64,000 nt of DNA, from assembly GCA_963767925.1 (NCBI GenBank), contig CAVYGB010000010.1, forward strand, positions 1,536,001 through 1,600,000, in the 5' to 3' direction. The notes beneath the pieces were generated by a model. That model ran no database searches and had not been told where the DNA came from. It was given only the letters and a program-made list of their open reading frames with translations. Source of the DNA: an uncultured delta proteobacterium (GTDB lineage: Bacteria > Myxococcota_A > Polyangia > Fen-1088). This document shows positions 52,544 to 63,453 of the stretch, piece by piece (the stretch's first letter is position 1; every line of letters begins with the position of its first letter). The translations under genes and the position numbers were made by a program.

Positions 52544-52658
52544 GGGGGATACACATCGTCAATTTTCCCCAGGACTTTCGCGGCAACACCCCCGATGCAA
52601 AGGGATATCCCGTGCCGCCGCCGCGCACCCTTTGCGCTTCACACCGCTGCGGCAGCGC

Positions 52659-52822
52659 CTAGTGCACCGCTCGCGAAATATCGTCAAGGCTGCGCCGACG
52701 ATCCTGCGCCCCCGCTTCGTTGCTCCTCCTCGGAATATGCCGGATATTCGTCGTCGTCGCGCCTCGCGGGGCCGCAGGCTTGTCGGCGGATCCTTGACGC
52801 TATTTCGAGAGCGGTGCACTAG
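52659..52822. mobile_element. 164-bp palindromic MITE-like element, type A, copy 1 (CTAG-bounded)
   Basis: CTAGTGCACCGCTC...GAGCGGTGCACTAG; imperfect palindrome over its whole length; right CTAG is the recN stop; 5 differences from the copy at 58180. Confidence 0.85.
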
Positions 52823-54510
52823 TTCGAAGACGGTGCGCTCGTCTCGCGGGCCCGGCGCAACATCTCGTCGGCGTGAGCCGCGGCCTCGCGCGACGGCTGC
52901 GCGCCGGCGAGCATGCGCGCGATCTCGGCGGCCCGCTCGCGCTCATCGAGGGTCGCCACCCGCACGCTGGTGCGGCCACCCGAGGTGTGTTTCTCCACGC
53001 GGATGTGCTGGTCGGCGAAGACGGCGATCTGGGGCAGGTGGGTGACCGCCAGGACCTGGCGATCCGCGGCGATGGCCTTGAGCTTGCGACCGATGACCTC
53101 GGCGGTGCCCCCGCCCACGCCGGTGTCGACCTCGTCGAACACGTAGGTGAGGGCGCGGTCGGACTGGGCGAGCGCCCGCTTGACCGCCAGCATGACCCGC
53201 GACAGCTCACCGCCCGAAGCGATGCGGGCCAGCGGCCGCGCCTCCTCGCCCGGGTTGGGGGCGAAGGAGAAGCGCACCCGATCGCGCCCGCGCGGCCCCG
53301 GCTCCTCTCGATCCTCCACCACCACCTTGACCGAGGCCTCGCGCAGCCCCAGATCCCGCAAGGTCTCGTCGATGCGCTTGCCCAGGGTCCGGGCGGCCTT
53401 GCGCCGCCGCTCGGACAGGGTCTCGGACAGCGCGGACATCTCGGCCCGGGCCTGCTCGACGGCGGCGCGGCGGCTCGCCAGCCCGTCTTCCACCGAACCC
53501 AGCTCCTCGAGCTCGCGGGTCAGGCTCCCGTGGCGCTCGATCACGGCCGCCAGGGTGCCCCCGTGTTTGCGGCACAGGCGCGACAGCAGGTACAGCCGCT
53601 CGTCGATCTGGGCCAGGCGATCGGGCTCGAAGCGGACCTGGCCGGCCAGCCGCGACAGATCGGCGGCGACGTCCTCGACCAGCGCCTGGGCCGAGCGCAG
53701 CCGCTCGGTCAGGGGAGCCAGGGCGGGGTCGAGCTGCTCGAGGGCCTCGAGGTCACGCGCCACCCCGGCGATGCGGGAGCCGGCCGCGCCGTCGCCGGCG
53801 TAGAGGACCTCCTCGCCGCGGGCGAACACGCCGAGGAACTTCTCCGCTCCCCGGATGCGCTCCCGCTCGGCCTTGAGGGCGTCGTCCTCGCCGGCCAGGG
53901 GGGCGGCCTCGTCGAGCTCGCTGAGCTGGAAGCGCAGGTAATCCTCCCGCTCGGCCCGGGCCCGCGAGTCGGCCTCGAAGCCGTCGAGGGCGGCCTGGGC
54001 CTGGCTCAGGCTGCTGAAGGCGGCCCGGGCCCGGTCGACCAGATCGCCGTTGTCCGCGAAGGCGTCGAGGATGGCGAGCTGGCTCTCGGGGTCCATCAGC
54101 GATTGCTGGTCGTGCTGGGAGGTGATGTCGACCAGCGTGCCCACGCTGGCCTGCAGCTCGCTCACGGTGGCGACACTGCCCCCGAGGTGGCTGCGCCCCC
54201 GACCCGAGCGGGCCATCATGCGCCGGACCACCAGCCCCTCGTCGAGGTTGCGCCCCTCGGCCAGCAGCCCCTCGCGCAGAGGCCAGCTCGCGGGCACGTC
54301 GAAGATCGCCTCCACCTCCGCCTCCTCCCGGCCGGTGCGGATCGACTCGGTCCGGGCCCGCCCACCGCGCAGCAGCGCCAGCGCGTCGACCAGGATGCTC
54401 TTGCCGGCCCCCGTCTCGCCGGTGATGACGGTGAGGCCGGGCCGGAAGTGCAGCTCGAGGTTGACGGTATCGATCAAGGCGAAACCGGAAACGCGCAACC
54501 AGCTCAACAT
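52819..54510 (-). CDS. recN: DNA repair protein RecN
   Basis: TGETGAGKS, ASGGELSR, FDEVDTGVGG, VTHLPQIA; follows the NAD kinase gene. Confidence 0.97.
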   Translation of the reverse strand: MLSWLRVSGFALIDTVNLELHFRPGLTVITGETGAGKSILVDALALLRGGRARTESIRTGREEAEVEAIFDVPASWPLREGLLAEGRNLDEGLVVRRMMARSGRGRSHLGGSVATVSELQASVGTLVDITSQHDQQSLMDPESQLAILDAFADNGDLVDRARAAFSSLSQAQAALDGFEADSRARAEREDYLRFQLSELDEAAPLAGEDDALKAERERIRGAEKFLGVFARGEEVLYAGDGAAGSRIAGVARDLEALEQLDPALAPLTERLRSAQALVEDVAADLSRLAGQVRFEPDRLAQIDERLYLLSRLCRKHGGTLAAVIERHGSLTRELEELGSVEDGLASRRAAVEQARAEMSALSETLSERRRKAARTLGKRIDETLRDLGLREASVKVVVEDREEPGPRGRDRVRFSFAPNPGEEARPLARIASGGELSRVMLAVKRALAQSDRALTYVFDEVDTGVGGGTAEVIGRKLKAIAADRQVLAVTHLPQIAVFADQHIRVEKHTSGGRTSVRVATLDERERAAEIARMLAGAQPSREAAAHADEMLRRARETSAPSSN

Positions 54511-54526
54511 GCGGTCATCTCCCTTT

Positions 54527-55381
54527 TCAATCGGCGGCGCGCTCACCCCAGGCCAGCTTCTGGCGCAAGATCGCGAAGAAGGTGCTGCGGGGGCGGAAGG
54601 TGCGCAGCGGCCGCTCGGCCTTCTTCACCTCGATCGAGTCGCCCACCGCCAGCTCGCGGCTCCACTGGCCGTCGACGGTGAGGGTGACCGTGCTGGGCGA
54701 CACGTTGGTCACGACGATGCGGGCCTGCGGGCGCATGACCACCGGACGGTTGGTGAGGGTGTGGGGACAGATGGGGGTCAAGACGATCGCCTCCAGATCG
54801 GGGGTGAGGATGGGCCCCCCCGCGGCCAGCCCGTAGGCGGTCGATCCGGTCGGCGTCGAGAGGATGAGGCCGTCGGCCTTGTAGGTGGTGATGGGCGCGC
54901 CGTCGAGCTCGGCCGTCAGATCGATCAGCCGGGCGATGACCCGCTGGGTGATGACCGCGTCGTTGAGCGCGGTGCGGGCCTCCACCTCGCGGCCGCCGCA
55001 GCGAACCGACACCCGCAGCCGCATGCGCTCCTCGATGGGGAGAGCGCCCAGGCGGGCGGCCTCGACCGCCTCGCGGGCCTCGGCCAGCGGGTAGTGGGCC
55101 ATGAAGCCGAGGCTGCCGAGGTTGATGCCCAGCAGGGGCACGCCGTGGTCGGCGACCAGGCTGGCCCCGTTGAGGAAGGTGCCGTCGCCCCCGAGCACCA
55201 CGAGGACGTCGATGGCGGCGCCCAGCTCGGCGGGCGGGACGGCCCGGGCCTGCGGGTGCATGGCCGCGTCTTCGGTCGTCACGACGACCGTGGCGGCTTG
55301 ACGCAAGAGCGTCTCGGCCAGCTCGGCCCCTACTTGCAGGGCCTCCGGTTTGCCCCGTTTGAGCAGGAACCCGAATCGCAT
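54527..55381 (-). CDS. nadK: NAD(+) kinase
   Basis: LGGDGTFL, NLGSLGF, LND, DGLILSTPTGSTAY, PICPH. Confidence 0.96.
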   Translation of the reverse strand: MRFGFLLKRGKPEALQVGAELAETLLRQAATVVVTTEDAAMHPQARAVPPAELGAAIDVLVVLGGDGTFLNGASLVADHGVPLLGINLGSLGFMAHYPLAEAREAVEAARLGALPIEERMRLRVSVRCGGREVEARTALNDAVITQRVIARLIDLTAELDGAPITTYKADGLILSTPTGSTAYGLAAGGPILTPDLEAIVLTPICPHTLTNRPVVMRPQARIVVTNVSPSTVTLTVDGQWSRELAVGDSIEVKKAERPLRTFRPRSTFFAILRQKLAWGERAAD

Positions 55382-55507
55382 CGGGCGCAGTATGGCATGG
55401 GCGGTCCGAGGGGGACCCTCAAAGGGTCCCCGGGCCGCCGCCGAGCTCCGCGCCCTGGAGAGCCCGGCGCCGGCATGGGCGGCGGGGAGGTCGCGGGCGA
55501 GCGCCGA

Positions 55508-55690
55508 TCAGGTCGGCAGCTCGTAGAAGATCGTGATGCTCAGGCAGTGGAACTCGCGGTCCGAGCTCTGGGTGACGACCTTGTCGACGATCTTCGCGCG
55601 CGGGTTGTCCCGAATCCACCGGGTCAACACTTCGCCGAGCTCGTCACGATCCTTCGCCTTCGTCGCGGTGAATACCTTTGCCCCCAACAT
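55508..55690 (-). CDS. Small hypothetical protein (60 aa)
   Basis: AAGGAG RBS; KVFTATKAKDRDELGE...VTQSSDREFHCLSITIFY, a pattern recalled from myxobacterial small proteins. Confidence 0.75.
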   Translation of the reverse strand: MLGAKVFTATKAKDRDELGEVLTRWIRDNPRAKIVDKVVTQSSDREFHCLSITIFYELPT

Positions 55691-55790
55691 GCTCGACTCC
55701 TTTCGGTCAGGCCGCTGATCGGTCGCCGCCTCGTATCGCCCCCAGACACGCCCGAGGTGAGACATGTGTCATACCGTGGGAGATCCACCC

Positions 55791-55825
55791 ATGTAAATTC
55801 ATTATTTTCGTTAATGCACTTACAT
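55791..55825. promoter_or_regulatory. AT-rich imperfect inverted repeat, candidate operator
   Basis: ATGTAAATTCATTA-N7-TAATGCACTTACAT (12/14 symmetric positions) in a divergent intergenic region. Confidence 0.5.
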
Positions 55826-56113
55826 TTCTGATTGGGTTTTTCCCAGAAAGATCAACCCTTACCTGGGACCTGGGGCCCTGACAAGCGCGAAGCACCCGGG
55901 GCGCGGGCGGAACAATTTCTACGTGGGGACGCCACCTCCGGGCCCAGAAGCCCCCCGCCAGGCTTCAGAAGCTGGACGGTCTGCCGATCGAGAGGGCCCC
56001 GCGAAGGAGCCCCGCGTCCTGGGCCTTGACCCTGCGAAAAACCGGTGCTTAAGTACGCGGTCCTCAGCTGCGGCGAGACGCGGCGGAAACGCACCACTTA
56101 GACGGAGATTTGA

Positions 56114-56329
56114 TTGGAGACACTGCTCGGACGCCCGCTCGAAGTCGAGGTTCGGGATTCCATCGAAAAAGCGATGAAGATCCTGAAGCAGAAGATGTCG
56201 AAGGAAGGCATCCTGCAGGAGATCAAACGTCGCCGTTATCACGAGAAGCCCTCGGTCAAGCGCAAGCGCAAGATGCGAGAGGCCCGCAAGCGGCGCAGGC
56301 GTGAAGCAAAACGGCGCGTCAGCCGCTGA
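56114..56329 (+). CDS. rpsU: 30S ribosomal protein S21
   Basis: SIEKAMKILK, EGILQEIKRRRYHEKPSVKRKRK. Confidence 0.95.
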   Translation: METLLGRPLEVEVRDSIEKAMKILKQKMSKEGILQEIKRRRYHEKPSVKRKRKMREARKRRRREAKRRVSR

Positions 56330-57280
56330 GTGACCTCCGGGGCCTGGATCGAGCTTCAGGTCGAGCTGGCGGCCTCCGCGGCCGAGCTGGTCGCCGCGGA
56401 GCTGTCGGAGCGCCTGGGTGGGGTCGAGCTGCGCGACCCCGAGACGGTGATTTCCACGGCCCGCGACCGGACCGCGGTTGTCGCCCTCTGCCGCCCGGAT
56501 GAAGTCGACGAGGTCCTCGGCGCCATCGAGGCGGTGCTCGACACCGCCCGGGCCGCCGGTGACACCGTCGATCCGGTGGCGGTCCGCCAGCGGCCCGCCC
56601 ACGAGGACGAGTGGCGGGACGTCTGGAAGCAGTTCTTCCGGACCACCGCCATCGGTACGCGCTTCGTCGTCCAGCCGAGCTGGGACACCGCCGCCGCCGT
56701 GCCGGCGGGCCCCTTCGTGATCCACCTCGATCCCGGGCGGGCCTTCGGCACCGGGGCCCATCCCTCGACCCGGCTCGTGATCGCCGCCATCGAACGGCTG
56801 CGCGAGGGGCGCTCCGACCTCGGTCGGTTCCTCGATCTGGGGTGCGGCTCGGGGATCCTCACCATCGCCGCCCACCGCCTCTGGCCGGAGGCCCGGGGCA
56901 CCGCGGTCGACCTGGACCCCGAGGCCATCGCCTGCACCGGCGAGAACCTGGAGCGCAACGGGGTAGCGGACATCGCCCTTCAGGTGGGGACCCTCGACGA
57001 CCTGGCCGCCGGCGGGGCGCCGCCCTTCGACCTCGTCATGGCCAACATCCAGCGCGACGTCCTCGAGCCGCTGGCCCCCGCCCTTGGCCGCCAGATGGCG
57101 GCGGGCGGATGGCTGGTCCTCTCGGGCTTGCTCACCTCCGACGTGCAGCCGGTCCGGCGCCTGTTCGAGGCGGCCGGCTTCACCCTGCTTCACGGCGGCG
57201 CCGAGGACCCGCAGGGCGGCACCGAAACGTTAGTCGACGGCGAATGGGGCGGCCTGGTGCTGGCCCCGCCCACGACCTGA
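56330..57280 (+). CDS. prmA: Ribosomal protein L11 methyltransferase
   Basis: DPGRAFGTGAHPST, LDLGCGSGIL, ANI, LVLSGL. Confidence 0.93.
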   Translation: MTSGAWIELQVELAASAAELVAAELSERLGGVELRDPETVISTARDRTAVVALCRPDEVDEVLGAIEAVLDTARAAGDTVDPVAVRQRPAHEDEWRDVWKQFFRTTAIGTRFVVQPSWDTAAAVPAGPFVIHLDPGRAFGTGAHPSTRLVIAAIERLREGRSDLGRFLDLGCGSGILTIAAHRLWPEARGTAVDLDPEAIACTGENLERNGVADIALQVGTLDDLAAGGAPPFDLVMANIQRDVLEPLAPALGRQMAAGGWLVLSGLLTSDVQPVRRLFEAAGFTLLHGGAEDPQGGTETLVDGEWGGLVLAPPTT

Positions 57281-57290
57281 GGGCCCGCGG

Positions 57291-58022
57291 GTGGCGCGGC
57301 TGTTCGTCCCCCCCGACCAGCTCGCCGGGCCCACCCTCGAGCTGCGGGGCGACGGCCACCGCTACCTGACCCGGGTCCTGCGCCTGCGCGCCGGCGACCC
57401 GGTCACCCTGTTCGACGGGGCCGACAACGAGATCGCCGCCCGGATCGTCGAGACCAGCGGCCACGCCACCCGGCTGGCGCTGGGCGAGCGCCGGCACCTG
57501 ACCCGGAAGCGGCCGCGCATCACGCTGCTGCAGGCGCTCCCGCGCGGCGAGCGCATGGACCTCGTGGTCCAGAAGACCACCGAGCTCGGCGTCCACCGCA
57601 TCCAGCCCGTGCTCACCGCGCGCACCGTGATCCAGACCGGGACGGAGGGCCGCCTGCGCCGCTGGCGGACCATCGCCCAGGAGGCCGCGCGCCAGTGCGG
57701 GCGGGCCGACCTGCCGATCCTCGATCCCCCCCTGCCCTACGCGGCCGTCCTGGCCGCGCAGGTCGCGGACGGCGAGCCGGCCAGCCGCTACCTCGTCTGG
57801 GAGGCCAGCCGGGGCGCGCCCCTGCGCCGGGCCCTGAAGGAGGCGGATCCGGCGGTGGTGCTCCTGGTGGGGCCGGAGGGCGGCTTCTCCGAGGAGGAGG
57901 CCGCCGCCGCCCAGGTGGCCGGCTTTCAGCCGGTCGGCCTGGGCCCCCTCATTCTCCGCACCGAGACCGCCGCCATCGTGGCCGTCTCCCTCGCCAGCGC
58001 GGCCAGCGGCGGCCTCGACTAG
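57291..58022 (+). CDS. rsmE: 16S rRNA (uracil1498-N3)-methyltransferase
   Basis: RVLRL, QKTTELGV, EAARQCGR, VGPEGGF, LGPLILRTETA. Confidence 0.96.
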   Translation: MARLFVPPDQLAGPTLELRGDGHRYLTRVLRLRAGDPVTLFDGADNEIAARIVETSGHATRLALGERRHLTRKRPRITLLQALPRGERMDLVVQKTTELGVHRIQPVLTARTVIQTGTEGRLRRWRTIAQEAARQCGRADLPILDPPLPYAAVLAAQVADGEPASRYLVWEASRGAPLRRALKEADPAVVLLVGPEGGFSEEEAAAAQVAGFQPVGLGPLILRTETAAIVAVSLASAASGGLD

Positions 58023-58183
58023 TCCCCTGGAAAGGTGATTTCTTGCCTATCTCGCCGGTCCTCTTCGTCCCTGGCTGCGTTGCTCGTCGGTTAAATACGC
58101 CGGGTATTCGCCCTCCTCGCGCCTTGCCAGGAACGAAGATGCCTCGCCGACATATGCAAGCCTTCACCTTTCCAGGGGACTAG
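58019..58183. mobile_element. 165-bp palindromic MITE-like element, type B (CTAG-bounded)
   Basis: Perfect 20-bp terminal IR CTAGTCCCCTGGAAAGGTGA; central core similar to type A; left CTAG is the rsmE stop. Confidence 0.8.
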
Positions 58184-58343
58184 CGCACCGCTCGCGAAAT
58201 ATCGTCAAGGCTGCGCCGACAATCCTGCGCCCCCGCTTCGTTGCTCCTCCTCGGAATATGCCGGATATTCGTCGTCGTTGCGCCTCGCGGGGCCGCAGGC
58301 TTGTCGGCGCAGCCTTGACGCTATTTCGAGAGCGGTGCACTAG
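58180..58343. mobile_element. 164-bp palindromic MITE-like element, type A, copy 2
   Basis: Near-identical to 52659-52822; right CTAG is the stop of the Smr gene; shares its left CTAG with element B. Confidence 0.85.
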
Positions 58344-59041
58344 CGGCCGCTGGCGGGGCGGCGGCGGAGGAGGACCAGGAGGGCGCCTTCGCCGCCGAGA
58401 GACGGGGGCGCCGAGGTGAAGGCCAGGACCAGGCGGCGCAGGGGGCCCTCGGCCAGCGTGTGTCGCACCAGGGCGGGCAGGACCGCGCCCTCCGGTCCCG
58501 AGCCGAGGCCCCGGCCGTGGATGACGAGCAAGCAGCGCTTGCCGTCGTCGCGGGCTCGGGCAAAAAACCGGGTGAGGTCGTCGGCGGCCTGCTCGCGCGT
58601 CCGGCCGTGCAGATCGAGCTCCCCCTCGACCGCGAACTGGCCCGCCCGCAGGCGCTTGATCATCCGGCGGTCCATCCCGGGCGCCGTCGCGGCGACCGAC
58701 TCTCCGACCTGCTCGACCCGCAGGGCCCCCGCGCTGTCGATCAGGTCGGCCAGCTCCGCCTCGGCCAGCGCATCCTCCGTGGCCCTCGCCGCCAGCCGCT
58801 GGGCCGCGGGGCGGGCCGCCGCCGGCGGTGGCTCGATCGCGCGGCGGGCGCGCCCGGCACCTGCCAGGGGCGTCACCCCCCGCATCGCCTCCTCGAAGAT
58901 GCGCCCCTCGTCTTCGTCGCGGCGGGACGGGCGGGATGGCGGCGGCGGTGGAGCGGGCGCCGCTGGCTTCGGCGGCGGCGGTGGCAGCGACGGCAGCCCG
59001 CGAAACGGCGTGTTGAATCCCGGCTTCTGTTTCTTGCCCAT
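58340..59041 (-). CDS. Smr/MutS2 C-terminal domain protein
   Basis: LDLHG, VIHGRGLGS, GGEGALLVLL. Confidence 0.92.
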   Translation of the reverse strand: MGKKQKPGFNTPFRGLPSLPPPPPKPAAPAPPPPPSRPSRRDEDEGRIFEEAMRGVTPLAGAGRARRAIEPPPAAARPAAQRLAARATEDALAEAELADLIDSAGALRVEQVGESVAATAPGMDRRMIKRLRAGQFAVEGELDLHGRTREQAADDLTRFFARARDDGKRCLLVIHGRGLGSGPEGAVLPALVRHTLAEGPLRRLVLAFTSAPPSLGGEGALLVLLRRRPASGR

Positions 59042-59291
59042 GTGCGACGGCCCGTGTGGGTTTCCCCTACTTCATCGCACGGCGCTGCGCCCGTCGCTCG
59101 CGATCGCCGCCGGCACGCACCGCGGTTCACGCAGCCAACCGCTGTCGCGAGGCAACATGACGGCGTGTAAGTTCGCGTCGTATGCACTAAGCTGGCCGGC
59201 CGTGGGTCCTACATCGAAGTGGTGGATGCGCACCCCTCCCACCCCGAGGCCGCCCGGCGGCTCTTCGCGCACCACGCCGACCGGAGTCAAG

Positions 59292-59903
59292 ATGCGCCCC
59301 CCGAACCTCACCTCGCGCGGAATCACCACCGCGCCGAACTTGCGATCGACGCAGCGGCTACCCACAATGGGGGACGTGCCCGGCTTTGCCAGCTTCTTCC
59401 AGGGGGAAGTGACGCCGACCATCCGCGAGCAGCGGGTGCTCTGGGTCCGAGCGGCCACCTTCCCGCGCCGCTTCGCCGCGGCCGTGGTGGACGTCCTCAT
59501 CGTGGGCGGCGTCTCCTGCCTGGTCACGCTGGTCGCGGCGGCGGCCCTGCAGGTCCCCATCCCGGCGGCCAACCAGCTCGGCCCCGATCTGCTGCTCGCC
59601 AGCTTGCTCGATCGCAACCCGATGGCGCTCGGCGCGCTCGGGTTGTTCGTGGGCCTGGGCGGCCTCTACCAGATCTACCTCGGGGGCATGGTCGGCCAGA
59701 CGCTGGGCAAGCGCTGGTTCGGCCTGCGGGTCATCTCGATCCGCGGCATCTCGCCCACCCCCTCGCGGGCCATCATCCGCTACCTCGCGATGCTCCTGTC
59801 GGTGCTGCCCGCGGGCCTCGGCTGGGTGTGGTGTCTCTTCGATCGCGAGCGTCGCGCGGCCCACGATCATCTCGCCGGAACCTACGTCGTGCTCGACGAT
59901 TAG
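59292..59903 (+). CDS. RDD family membrane protein
   Basis: RRFAAAVVD, GQTLGKRWFGLRV, HDHLAGTYVV; start uncertain (alternative ATG at 59226). Confidence 0.88.
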   Translation: MRPPNLTSRGITTAPNLRSTQRLPTMGDVPGFASFFQGEVTPTIREQRVLWVRAATFPRRFAAAVVDVLIVGGVSCLVTLVAAAALQVPIPAANQLGPDLLLASLLDRNPMALGALGLFVGLGGLYQIYLGGMVGQTLGKRWFGLRVISIRGISPTPSRAIIRYLAMLLSVLPAGLGWVWCLFDRERRAAHDHLAGTYVVLDD

Positions 59904-59913
59904 ACGGGAAGGG

Positions 59914-61383
59914 GTGGACGGCGAGGGGTTGGGCACCTGGATGGTGCGTCGGGGGGTGCTGGACCGGGAAGGTCTGCGCCGGGCCCGCCAGCGCCAGGGT
60001 GTCTACGGTGGGTCGCTCGACACGGCGGTGCTCGAGCTGCAGCTCTCCGACGAAGCGGCCGTGACGGCCAGCCTGACCGAGGCCACCGGCCTGCCCGCTC
60101 CCAGCCCGGCCTGGCTGGAGACCCCCACCCGCAACCTGAGCATGTTGCTCGACCTGGCCTCGGCCCGCCGGCTGGGGGCCCAGCCGGTGGCGCGCGAGGA
60201 GGACCGCCTCGAGGTGGTGACCCGCCACGGCGCCCCCCTGCGCGAGATCGGCGCCTGGGCCGGCGCGCTCGACCTCGCGGTCCGCTGTTACATCGTGCCC
60301 GAGGTGCGCTTCGAGGCCCTCCTCTCGCTCGTGCACGGCAAGCCGGTGCCGCCCCGCTTCGCCGCCCTCCTGGGCCGCATCGTGGGCCGGTCGCGCGCGC
60401 GCCGCATGGCCGAGCCGAACGCCCCCGCCGCCCGCACGGTGGCGCAGCCGCTGGTCGAGACCGGCCCCTTGCGGCGCCCCCAGGCCCGACCGGCCTCCGA
60501 GTCCGATCCCGACCTCGACATCACCGAGGACATCCCCGCCCCGCCGGCCCGCCCCCAGCCCGCCCCCGCCCGCCCGCAGCCTGTCGCCGTGTCCGCCCGC
60601 GCGGAGCCCGCCCCGCCGTCGGCCCGGATGGCGCCCGCCGCCGCGGCCGCCCGCGCGGAGCCGGCCCCCCCAGCGCCGGGCCGGCTTCCGACCGCGACCG
60701 TGTCTGCCCGCGCGGAGCCCGCCCCGGCCCCCGTGGCCCGGATGCAGGCGGGCGCACCGCCGGTGGTGATCCCGCTGTCCCCCACGCCGGCCGCGGCAGC
60801 CGGGGCGGGAACGACCGGGCCCGCCACGGTGGTGGGCGGCGAAAACGTCGTCGCGATCCTGTCGGAGTGGCTCGACAGCCCCGACGGCGACCGGCGCAAG
60901 GAGCTGGCGCGCATCCTGCGAAGGCACCTCCACCAGCCCATGCTCGAGCAAGCCCTCGTGCGCCTGCGAACCAGCGCGGCCGGCCGCGGCCGCGAGGCCG
61001 TCATCGCCATCGAGGCCCTGGCCGAGCTGCGCGACAGAAACGCCATCCCGGTCCTGCTGGAACGGCTGAGCGACGACGACGACCGCCTGAGCCAGGCCGC
61101 CCAGGCCGCCCTGCGCACCCTCACCCGCCACGACCTGGGCGGCGCCCGCTGGCGCTGGAGCCGCTGGTGGCGCGAGTGGAAGGACCGCCACCGCATCGAG
61201 TGGCTGATCGACGCCCTCACCGAGAAGAACGCCGAGCTCCGCCTGGAAGCCGCCCAGGAGCTGGAAGAGCTGAGCGGCCATTACTTCGGCTACCACTTCG
61301 ACCTCGGCCGCCGCGAACGCGAAGAGGCCCGCCGCCGCTGGTTCGACTGGTGGCAAAACACCGGCAAGGCCAGCCTGTCCTAG
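59914..61383 (+). CDS. MshEN/T2SSE-N-like domain plus HEAT-repeat protein
   Basis: LGTWMVRRGVL...LRRARQRQ...GGSLDTAVLE; Ala/Pro repeat linker; HEAT-like AIEALAELRD...AIPVLLERLSD. Confidence 0.75.
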   Translation: MDGEGLGTWMVRRGVLDREGLRRARQRQGVYGGSLDTAVLELQLSDEAAVTASLTEATGLPAPSPAWLETPTRNLSMLLDLASARRLGAQPVAREEDRLEVVTRHGAPLREIGAWAGALDLAVRCYIVPEVRFEALLSLVHGKPVPPRFAALLGRIVGRSRARRMAEPNAPAARTVAQPLVETGPLRRPQARPASESDPDLDITEDIPAPPARPQPAPARPQPVAVSARAEPAPPSARMAPAAAAARAEPAPPAPGRLPTATVSARAEPAPAPVARMQAGAPPVVIPLSPTPAAAAGAGTTGPATVVGGENVVAILSEWLDSPDGDRRKELARILRRHLHQPMLEQALVRLRTSAAGRGREAVIAIEALAELRDRNAIPVLLERLSDDDDRLSQAAQAALRTLTRHDLGGARWRWSRWWREWKDRHRIEWLIDALTEKNAELRLEAAQELEELSGHYFGYHFDLGRREREEARRRWFDWWQNTGKASLS

Positions 61384-61450
61384 CGTCTCCCGGCGGTGGC
61401 AGCCCGACTTCTCCGGGCCCCGCGGGGGATCGGCGGTCAGAGGGTGCGGA

Positions 61451-61693
61451 TGGCGAGACCCGGTCAACCTGGCGGCCGCGGTGGTGCTCGTCCTGTTCTT
61501 CGCCATCAGCGTGCTGAGTTATGTGGTCCACGGCGCGCTCCGGGACACCGACAGCCAGTTCCGCCGCCCCCACCGCCTCGGCGGCCGGACCATCCCGGCC
61601 GGTGCGATGGCGGCCTTCATGGTCCTGCTCGTGCTGGGCGAGATCGGCAGCTTCACGGTGCTGTTCGCCGGTTTCCTCGCTGGCCGGCCCTGA
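61451..61693 (+). pseudogene. C-terminal fragment of a small membrane protein
   Basis: Two TM helices around HGALRDTDSQ and GEIG; no room or clear start for an N-terminal half after the upstream stop at 61383. Confidence 0.45.
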
Positions 61694-61801
61694 CCCCCGG
61701 CCCCGGAAATTGCTCAGCGAGTCATGCGGTCCGACCCGTCGGCGGGGCGGCCCGGTCAGGGCGGAATTTGGCCGATCGTATCTGCTAGATTCGGCGGCCC
61801 A

Positions 61802-63402
<1,601 letters not shown>

Positions 63403-63423
63403 CCCCTCCTCGAGTGGGAGCCC

Positions 63424-63444
63424 TGGAACCCTCTCAGGGTTCCA
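63424..63444. terminator. Hairpin between the convergent ffh and manA genes
   Basis: TGGAACCCT-CTC-AGGGTTCCA perfect 9-bp stem; no U tract. Confidence 0.45.
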
Positions 63445-63453
63445 TCAAGGAGA

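Noticed and set aside
56026..56055. Sigma70 promoter for rpsU
   Set aside because: Good -35 (TTGACC) but the -10 match is poor, so it is not listed as a feature
52659..58343. Palindromic elements as integron attC sites, tRNAs or simple terminators
   Set aside because: No RYYYAAC/GTTRRRY ends, integrase or cassette array; no cloverleaf; far longer than terminators and no U tracts
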